Assembly (NCBI GenBank): GCA_947632565.1
Contig: CANRPT010000001.1
Coordinates: forward strand, 1 to 32,000
Source of the DNA: an uncultured Bacilli bacterium
GTDB lineage: Bacteria > Bacillota_I > Bacilli_A > RF39 > UBA660
DNA length: 32,000 nt
Direction: 5' to 3'
Below are positions 22,987 to 29,709 of this stretch, in pieces. The position numbers and the translations under genes are program-made. The first letter of the stretch is position 1. The number at the start of each line of letters is the position of its first letter. Below the pieces are notes generated by a model. It saw only the letters and a list, made by a program, of their open reading frames with translations, did not search any database and had not been told where the DNA came from.

Positions 22987-23153
22987 GTTTCCACAACCCT
23001 GTTAAAAACTTTTTACACATTGTGGAATAACTTTTTTTTATTTTGTGGATAAATTATCAAAAGTCAATGATAACAAGCTAATTTCTTGTGGAAAAAAATG
23101 TGGAGAAGTTGTGGAAGAAAAAAAATTCATTTTTAACTATTTATTTTTCCACA
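22987..23153. promoter_or_regulatory. oriC part 1: DnaA-box cluster upstream of dnaA.
   Basis: There is one perfect box, TGTGGATAA, at 23044..23052. One-mismatch boxes lie at 23087..23095 (TGTGGAAAA), 23099..23107 (TGTGGAGAA) and 23145..23153 (TTTTCCACA). Weaker boxes lie at 22987..22995, 23011..23019, 23021..23029 and 23110..23118. Confidence 0.85.
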
Positions 23154-23208
23154 GAATTAAGTTAGAATAATACTTGCAATTAGAAATTATCTTTAGTCAG
23201 GGGGGATA

Positions 23209-24603
23209 ATGGTGGATGTAAAAACAATCTGGACAAATTTTTTAAATAACATAAAAGCCGAAATGAACCCCTTATCTTTTCAGACTTGGTTTGAAAATGC
23301 TAGTTTATATGAATATAAAGATGGAGTCTGTAAGATTATTGTTCCCATGGCAATGTATAAAAAACATTTAGCTACAAAATATTATGATTTAATTGTTTCT
23401 AATTTAAGTGAAATCTTAGGAGATAATGTTGATATTGAGTTTTATACTCAAGAAGAAATTGAAGAAATGCAAGAAAAAAAAGTAGGGGAGAAAAATTTTC
23501 TTTTACAGGAAAATCAGGAAATTTCTTCTAATTCTTTTTCAAAATTCAATGATTTTGATTCTAATTTAGATAAAAAATATACTTTTGATAATTTTATTGT
23601 AGGAAATACCAATAAATTTGCACAAGCTGCTGCTTTAGAAGTTGCCGAAAGTCCAGGAGTTTTATATAATCCACTTTTTATATATGGAAATAGTGGTTTA
23701 GGAAAAACCCATTTAATGCATGCCATTGGAAATTATATCCGGGAGCATTCCAATAAAAAAGTGTTATATGTATCTAGTGATCAATTTATATCCGATTTTT
23801 TAGGAATTAATAAAAAAGATGAAAATGGAAAAAACATTGATTATATTACTTATTTTAAAAATAAATATCGAAATATTGATGTACTCATTGTGGATGATAT
23901 CCAATTTTTTCAAGGAGCACCACAAACACAAAATGAATTTTTTAATACCTTCACAAAACTTTATGATGAGAATAAACAAATTATTATTTCTTCCGATCGC
24001 TCTCCAGATGATTTAAAACTATTAGAAGACCGTTTGCGTACTAGATTTTGTTGGGGATTAACCGCTGATATATTTCCACCAGATTTTGAATTAAGAGTTG
24101 CTATTATAAAAAAGAAAATTATCGGAGAAGCCATTGATAAAAATATTCCAGATGATGTCATAGAATATATTGCTTCTAATATTGGAAGTGATGTAAGACA
24201 TCTGGAAGGAGCAATTACTAGACTCCTAGCTTATTCCACAATGATGGGTGGTTTAAATATTACTTTAGATTTAGCAGTTGATGTTTTAAAAGATTTTGTC
24301 AACAAAGGATATAGTGAAAAAAATAGTGTGAATCGAATTCAAAGAATTGTAGCAGAGTATTTTCAAGTTGCTGTTGAGGATTTGAAATCAAAAAAAAGAA
24401 GTGCTAATTTAGCATTTCCAAGACAAATTGCCATGTATTTATGTAGAAAACTTACCAATGAATCTTTTCCTCGGATAGCAATTGAATTTGGAGGAAAAGA
24501 TCATACTACCGTTATGTATTCAGTAGAAAAAATTGAAAAAGAAATATTGACTAATAAAGAACTTGCTAATATTATAGATAAATTAAAGAAAGAAATTGTA
24601 TGA
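23209..24603 (+). CDS. dnaA: Chromosomal replication initiator protein DnaA.
   Basis: 464 aa with Walker A GNSGLGKTHLMHA, VLIVDDIQF and the C-terminal HTH ...FGGKDHTTVMYSVEKI. The start is either ATG 23209 or GTG 23212. Confidence 0.98.
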   Translation: MVDVKTIWTNFLNNIKAEMNPLSFQTWFENASLYEYKDGVCKIIVPMAMYKKHLATKYYDLIVSNLSEILGDNVDIEFYTQEEIEEMQEKKVGEKNFLLQENQEISSNSFSKFNDFDSNLDKKYTFDNFIVGNTNKFAQAAALEVAESPGVLYNPLFIYGNSGLGKTHLMHAIGNYIREHSNKKVLYVSSDQFISDFLGINKKDENGKNIDYITYFKNKYRNIDVLIVDDIQFFQGAPQTQNEFFNTFTKLYDENKQIIISSDRSPDDLKLLEDRLRTRFCWGLTADIFPPDFELRVAIIKKKIIGEAIDKNIPDDVIEYIASNIGSDVRHLEGAITRLLAYSTMMGGLNITLDLAVDVLKDFVNKGYSEKNSVNRIQRIVAEYFQVAVEDLKSKKRSANLAFPRQIAMYLCRKLTNESFPRIAIEFGGKDHTTVMYSVEKIEKEILTNKELANIIDKLKKEIV

Positions 24604-24621
24604 TGTGAAAAAGAAAACAAC

Positions 24622-24730
24622 TTTTCCACAGGGAAAAAGAAAAGAAAAATGTGATAGAATAAAGGTAACAAGAGTTATTCACAGTTTCCACAGTAATAAT
24701 AATAATAATAATATAAATAAAAAAGAAAGA
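24622..24730. promoter_or_regulatory. oriC part 2 (incC-like): DnaA boxes, then a (TAA)6 trinucleotide tract, then an AT-rich probable unwinding element.
   Basis: The boxes are TTTTCCACA (24622..24630), TTATTCACA (24675..24683) and the abutting GTTTCCACA (24684..24692). One G follows, then TAA x6 (24694..24711), then TATAAATAAAAAAG. Confidence 0.75.
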
Positions 24731-24740
24731 AGGAATATAT

Positions 24741-25862
24741 ATGAAATTAAAAATTAAAAAGGAAATTTTACTAGATGGATTAAATAAAGTATCCAAAGCA
24801 TTGTCTACGAAAAATTTAGTACCCGTTTTAGCAGGAATTAAATTTGATTTAACGGAGAAAGGTTTACTCTTAACAGCAAGTGATAATGATATTACGATTC
24901 AAGTATTTCTAGATAAAACAGAAGAAATGGAAATTAAAACAGAAGGTAGTATTATTATTCAAGGAAAGTATATTTTAGATATTGTTCGTAAATTACCAGA
25001 CGAATATATTAATATTGAAGTAGTAGATGAATTAAAAATCGTTATTTATACAGATAATAGTGAATTTAATTTAAATGGTATTAATAAAAACGAATATCCT
25101 AATATTAATTTAGATTTAAGTAAAAATCCTTTATCTATTTCTTCTAAAGTATTTAGAAGTGTTATTTCTCAAACATCATTTGCATCTTCTAATGATGAAT
25201 CTAGACCAATTTTAACAGGAATTAATTTTAAAATTGTAGGAAATCAAATGGAATGTAATTCTACAGATTCTTATCGTTTAGCGCGAAGATTACTTGAGTT
25301 ATCCACTCCAGTAGAGGAAAATTATAATATCGTGATTCCAAGTAAAAATTTATTAGAATTTATTAAAATTATGGATGATAGTGAGGAAGCATTATCTTTA
25401 CATATCTTTAATAATAAAATACTAATTCAATATCAAAATATTTTATTTCAATCTAGGTTAATTAGTGGTACTTATCCGAATACTGCTAATTTATTACCAG
25501 ATGAATTTATCTTAGATATCAAAGTAGATGTTAATGAGTTATATAATGTAATTGATAGAGCTAGTATTTTAACTAGTGATAAAGAAAAAAATATTGTTAC
25601 TTTTGAAATTGATGGTAATAAATTATATGTACGTAGTAATTCTGCAGAAATTGGTAGAGTAGAAGAGAAAATGAATATTGAAAAAGAACAAAATGAAAAT
25701 TTAAAAATATCTTTTGTTGCGAAATATATGATGGAAGCATTAAAATCTTTTGAAGATAGTCAAGTAGAAATATCTTTTGTAGGAGAAGTAAAACCTATCA
25801 TTTTAAAATCAGAAAAAGATGAAGGATTAACACAATTAGTATTACCAATTCGAACTTATTAA
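24741..25862 (+). CDS. dnaN: DNA polymerase III beta sliding clamp.
   Basis: 373 aa. It begins MKLKIKKEILLDGLNKVSKA and ends ...QLVLPIRTY, in the conserved position after dnaA. Confidence 0.97.
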   Translation: MKLKIKKEILLDGLNKVSKALSTKNLVPVLAGIKFDLTEKGLLLTASDNDITIQVFLDKTEEMEIKTEGSIIIQGKYILDIVRKLPDEYINIEVVDELKIVIYTDNSEFNLNGINKNEYPNINLDLSKNPLSISSKVFRSVISQTSFASSNDESRPILTGINFKIVGNQMECNSTDSYRLARRLLELSTPVEENYNIVIPSKNLLEFIKIMDDSEEALSLHIFNNKILIQYQNILFQSRLISGTYPNTANLLPDEFILDIKVDVNELYNVIDRASILTSDKEKNIVTFEIDGNKLYVRSNSAEIGRVEEKMNIEKEQNENLKISFVAKYMMEALKSFEDSQVEISFVGEVKPIILKSEKDEGLTQLVLPIRTY

Positions 25863-25868
25863 CAGAAA

Positions 25869-25929
25869 TGTGGATAAAAGAAGAAATTAGCTCTAGTAGC
25901 TAATTTTTTTTCACATATTTTGTGGAAAA
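25869..25929. promoter_or_regulatory. Third DnaA-box group, downstream of dnaN.
   Basis: There is a perfect TGTGGATAA at 25869..25877 and a one-mismatch TGTGGAAAA at 25921..25929. They flank the dnaN terminator. Confidence 0.6.
25884..25912 (+). terminator. Intrinsic terminator of dnaN.
   Basis: AAATTAGCT ctagt AGCTAATTT followed by a T run. Confidence 0.8.
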
Positions 25930-26014
25930 ATATTATTTTTCGGAGTTTTTTTAGCATAATATTTCTTTTTTCTATGATTTCCGACAAAAAGAAACAAATT
26001 ACGACATATTGTTC

Positions 26015-26023
26015 TGTTATAGT
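26015..26023 (+). promoter_or_regulatory. Extended -10 promoter (TGtTATAGT) for the comK-like gene.
   Basis: The sequence is tcTGtTATAGTatc. The predicted transcription start falls at about 26030, the first base of the palindrome. Confidence 0.45.
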
Positions 26024-26029
26024 ATCTGT

Positions 26030-26046
26030 TGCAATTTTAAATTGCA
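26030..26046. promoter_or_regulatory. Perfect 17-bp palindrome TGCAATTTtAAATTGCA, a candidate operator at +1 of the comK-like gene.
   Basis: It has 8-bp arms around a single central T and lies 15 nt upstream of the ATG, abutting the SD AGGGGGA. Confidence 0.5.
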
Positions 26047-26061
26047 TAGGGGGAAAAATAT

Positions 26062-26517
26062 ATGAAAACGTATGAGGTAAATGAAGAAACAATAGCTGTT
26101 ATTGGAATTTCTGAAAAAGAAACAAAAGTAGTGGAAAAGAAAAGAGAATATTTAGTAGAAGATAGTGCTTATGAAGTAATGGATTATTCTTGTCAATATT
26201 TTGGTAGTTCTTATTTAGGAAGAGTAAATGGAAGTAAAAAAATGCTTGGTTATACTTATAAATTACCAATTATTGTAGAAGAGAGTAAAGAAATGATATT
26301 CTTTCCTATTTCTTCTCCAGAAAGTTTACAATGTATTTGGGTTGCTTTAAAATGGTATTCTGATGTATTAGAACGAAAAAATAAGACTTATATTCTCTTA
26401 AAAAATGGGAAAAAAATAGAATGTACTGCTTCTAAAAATTCTATTCAAAATCAAGTCATGAGAGCTTCTCGATTAAATTTGATTTTAAATGAAAGAAAAA
26501 CCGAAAAAAAAGGCTAA
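26062..26517 (+). CDS. comK: ComK-family transcription factor (short, 151 aa).
   Basis: YEVNEETIAVI, SCQYFGSSYLGRVNGS, KLPIIVEES.EMIFFPISSPESLQCIWVA and NGKKIECTASKNSIQNQVMRASRL align by eye with B. subtilis ComK (YEVNGATIAVL, SCRFFGSSYAGRKAG, KPPIMVDPSNQIFLFPTLSSTRPQCGWIS, NGKTMELPISYNSFENQVYRTAWL). Confidence 0.85.
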   Translation: MKTYEVNEETIAVIGISEKETKVVEKKREYLVEDSAYEVMDYSCQYFGSSYLGRVNGSKKMLGYTYKLPIIVEESKEMIFFPISSPESLQCIWVALKWYSDVLERKNKTYILLKNGKKIECTASKNSIQNQVMRASRLNLILNERKTEKKG

Positions 26518-26544
26518 AAAAGAAGAAAAAACTTCTTTTTTTTA
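26516..26544 (+). terminator. Intrinsic terminator after the comK-like gene.
   Basis: AAAAAAGAAG aaaaaa CTTCTTTTTT followed by a T tract. Confidence 0.7.
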
Positions 26545-26564
26545 TGCTTTTTAAGCTCTTCTTG

Positions 26565-26573
26565 TGGTATAAT
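26565..26573 (+). promoter_or_regulatory. Extended -10 promoter (TGgTATAAT) for recF-gyrB-gyrA.
   Basis: The sequence is cttgTGgTATAATgtag, about 70 nt upstream of recF. Confidence 0.5.
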
Positions 26574-26640
26574 GTAGTTGTAGGTATAGGAGTACTAAAT
26601 GGTATAAAAGGTGATTATATGAGTTTTTTTGAGTTTTATT

Positions 26641-27756
26641 ATGTATTTATCCAAAATAGAAGTTCATCATTATCGTAATTATTCCAAAGAAAAAGTAACA
26701 TTGTGTGATAAAGTTAATATTTTTATAGGAGATAATGCTCAAGGAAAAACAAATATATTAGAAAGTATTTATATACTTGCACTTACTAAATCACATCGTG
26801 TTGGGTTTGAAAATAACTTTTTACAACATGGTTATCCATCTTGTAGAATTTATGGATTATTAAGAGATCATCAATCTTTAAAAGAATTAGAGATTCAAAT
26901 TTCTGAGGAGAAGAAGAAAGTTTTTCTTAATCAAAAAGAAATAAGAAAAATTGCTTCTTATATTTCTCAGATGAATGTGATTATGTTTAGTCCTACTGAT
27001 TTAGATATTATTAAAGGTTCTCCACAAATTCGAAGAAATTTATTAAATATTGAAATTAGCCAATTATATCCCTTGTATGTCAATTATTTGAATGAATATA
27101 ACAAAATTTTAAAGACCAGAAATGAATATTTAAGACAAATGAGTATAAATGGGAATACGGATAGTAGATATTTAGAAATTATGAATGAAAAATTAGTGGA
27201 TCGTGGGGTACAAATTTTTTTATATCGAAAAAAGTATTTAGATATGATTAATGATCAAATTTCTAATATTTATGAAAAAATTATGAATAAAAAAGGACTT
27301 CGGGTAGTTTATCAAAATAGTTTAGATTTTGAAAATGATGAAATAGAGCAGATGAAAGCAGTTTTTCTTCATAAATTAGCTAGTAATTTAAAAAGAGAAA
27401 TTTCACAAGGTATGACCTTGTATGGTCCTCATCGAGATGATTTTTTCTTTGCCATTGGTGAAGAAAATATGAAATATTATGCTTCCCAGGGACAGCAAAG
27501 ATTAGCTATTATTTCTTTTAAATTATCAGAAGTAAGCATTTTTCAAAAAGAAAAGGGAAGTAGTCCAATTCTTTTATTAGATGATATTTTTAGTGAATTG
27601 GATATTTCGAAAAGAAATCAATTAATTCATTATATTCCAGAAGATGTACAAACCATTATTACAACAACTGATCTAAAGAATATTCAGAAAAAAATATTAA
27701 ATCGTGCTAAAGTTTTTTTAGTGAAAGATGGAACAATTCAAGAAAAGGTGGAATGA
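26641..27756 (+). CDS. recF: DNA replication and repair protein RecF.
   Basis: Listed ORF starts at TTG 26629. I prefer ATG 26641 ([14 protein letters not shown], a typical RecF N-terminus). Walker A is [12 protein letters not shown], the signature is SQGQQR, and Walker B is [11 protein letters not shown]. Confidence 0.93.
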   Translation: MYLSKIEVHHYRNYSKEKVTLCDKVNIFIGDNAQGKTNILESIYILALTKSHRVGFENNFLQHGYPSCRIYGLLRDHQSLKELEIQISEEKKKVFLNQKEIRKIASYISQMNVIMFSPTDLDIIKGSPQIRRNLLNIEISQLYPLYVNYLNEYNKILKTRNEYLRQMSINGNTDSRYLEIMNEKLVDRGVQIFLYRKKYLDMINDQISNIYEKIMNKKGLRVVYQNSLDFENDEIEQMKAVFLHKLASNLKREISQGMTLYGPHRDDFFFAIGEENMKYYASQGQQRLAIISFKLSEVSIFQKEKGSSPILLLDDIFSELDISKRNQLIHYIPEDVQTIITTTDLKNIQKKILNRAKVFLVKDGTIQEKVE

Positions 27757-27760
27757 AATT

Positions 27761-29698
27761 ATGAATATAGAAGAAAAAGTTACAGAACATTATGATGCCT
27801 CAGATATTCAAGTATTAGAGGGATTAGAAGCCGTTCGAAAAAGACCAGGTATGTATATTGGTACCACTGATGTAAAAGGATTACATCATTTGGTATGGGA
27901 AATTGTGGATAATGCAATCGATGAAGCTTTAGCTGGATATTGCCATAATATTGAAGTTGTTATTAACCAAGATAATTCTATTACAGTAAAAGATGATGGT
28001 AGAGGAATTCCTGTGGATATCCATCCTAAAACAGGTATTTCCACAGTAGAAACGGTTTATACCGTACTTCATGCCGGTGGTAAATTCGGTGGAGGAGGAT
28101 ATAAAGTATCTGGAGGACTTCATGGAGTTGGAGCTAGTGTTGTAAATGCCTTATCAAAATGGGTAGAAGTAACTGTTTATAAAAATGGAAAAATCTATCA
28201 AATTCGTTTTGAAGATGGAGGACATACCAAAGAGCCATTGCATGTAATTGGAGATTGTAGTGAAGATAGGACTGGAACTACAGTAACCTTTAAACCAGAT
28301 CCTGAAATTTTTGATACTGATATTTATGATTACGAAACATTAAAAACAAGAATTCGTGAATTAGCTTTTTTAAATCGTGGTTTATCTATTAATATTCGTG
28401 ATGATCGTGATTTAGAAGATACTACTGGTGAAACATTTCTTTATGAAGGTGGAATTAGTGAATATGTTAAATTTATTAATCAAGAAAAAACCCCTCTTCA
28501 CGAAGATATTATTCATTTAAGTGGGGAAAAAGATGGAGTATTTTTTGAAGTAGCGATGCAATATAATACTTCCTATAATCCCAACATTTATTCTTTTGTA
28601 AATAACATTAATACCCATGATGGTGGAACTCATGAAGAAGGAGTTAAAAGAGCTTTAACTAGAGTCATTAATAATTATACTAGAAAAGCTAATATTTTAA
28701 AGGAAAAAGATGAAAATTTAAAAGACGATGATGTAAAAGAAGGACTTACAATGATTATTTCTTGTAAGCATCCAAATCCTCAATTTGAAGGACAAACCAA
28801 AGGAAGACTGGGAAATTCTGAAGTTAAAAATTTAGCGGATAGTGTTTTTGCAGAAGGATTTGAAAGATTTTTATTAGAAAATCCAGAAGAGGCTAGAACT
28901 ATTATTAATAAAGCTATTTTGGCTAGAAATGCTAGAATGGCAGCTAAAAAGGCTAGGGAAGCTACTCGTAAAAGTGATTTAGCTACTACTAATTTCTTTG
29001 GTAAATTATCTGATTGTAAGAGTAAAGATCCTACTATTTCAGAAATTTTTATTGTCGAAGGGGATAGTGCAGGGGGATCTGCAAAAAAAGGTAGAGATTC
29101 TATGACTCAAGCTATTTTACCTTTAAGAGGAAAGATTTTGAATGTGGAAAAAGCAAGATTGGATAGGGCACTTGGAAATGAGGAAATCAAAACCATTATT
29201 ACTGCCTTTGGTACAGGAATTGGGGAGTATTTTGATTTATCGAAATTACGATATGATAAAATCATCATTATGACCGATGCTGATGTAGATGGTTCTCATA
29301 TTCGTGTATTATTATTGACCTTATTTTATCGCTTTTTTAGGCCTATTGTGGAAGCAGGTCATGTTTATGCAGCACAACCTCCACTTTTTAGAATTATGCA
29401 TGGAAAAACTAGAAAGTATGTATTAAATGAAGAAGAATTAAACAGCTATTTGAATTCTCTTCCAGAAAATATTCGTTCTAAAGCAGAAATTGCTCGTATG
29501 AAAGGATTAGGGGAGATGGATGCTGATGAATTGAATGAAACAACAATGGATATTGAAAAGAGAGTTTTAAGAAAAATAACGATTGATGATTGTGTAGCTG
29601 CTGATTCCGTATTTGAAAGATTAATGGGAGATGAAGTTGATCCTAGAAGAAAATTCATTGAAGAAAATGCCAGAAAAGTAGCAAATCTTGATATTTAG
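27761..29698 (+). CDS. gyrB: DNA gyrase subunit B.
   Basis: Listed ORF starts at 27728. I prefer ATG 27761 (MNIEEKV...[24 protein letters not shown]) because the SD AAAGGTGGA lies upstream. It has EGDSAGG and the Toprim motif DADVDGSHI. Confidence 0.97.
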   Translation: MNIEEKVTEHYDASDIQVLEGLEAVRKRPGMYIGTTDVKGLHHLVWEIVDNAIDEALAGYCHNIEVVINQDNSITVKDDGRGIPVDIHPKTGISTVETVYTVLHAGGKFGGGGYKVSGGLHGVGASVVNALSKWVEVTVYKNGKIYQIRFEDGGHTKEPLHVIGDCSEDRTGTTVTFKPDPEIFDTDIYDYETLKTRIRELAFLNRGLSINIRDDRDLEDTTGETFLYEGGISEYVKFINQEKTPLHEDIIHLSGEKDGVFFEVAMQYNTSYNPNIYSFVNNINTHDGGTHEEGVKRALTRVINNYTRKANILKEKDENLKDDDVKEGLTMIISCKHPNPQFEGQTKGRLGNSEVKNLADSVFAEGFERFLLENPEEARTIINKAILARNARMAAKKAREATRKSDLATTNFFGKLSDCKSKDPTISEIFIVEGDSAGGSAKKGRDSMTQAILPLRGKILNVEKARLDRALGNEEIKTIITAFGTGIGEYFDLSKLRYDKIIIMTDADVDGSHIRVLLLTLFYRFFRPIVEAGHVYAAQPPLFRIMHGKTRKYVLNEEELNSYLNSLPENIRSKAEIARMKGLGEMDADELNETTMDIEKRVLRKITIDDCVAADSVFERLMGDEVDPRRKFIEENARKVANLDI

Positions 29699-29709
29699 GT
29701 GGTGAAGTT

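Noticed and set aside
23514-24161. ORFs 23514..23726 (-), 23819..24016 (+, alternative frame) and 23961..24161 (-) within dnaA.
   Set aside because: They overlap the dnaA CDS, have no independent support and are low-complexity.
24572-26092. Minus-strand ORFs 24572..24796 and 25859..26092 crossing the oriC spacer and the dnaN-comK spacer.
   Set aside because: They run through DnaA boxes, the AT-rich unwinding tract and a terminator. They are oriented against replication, unlike every real gene here, and have no SD.
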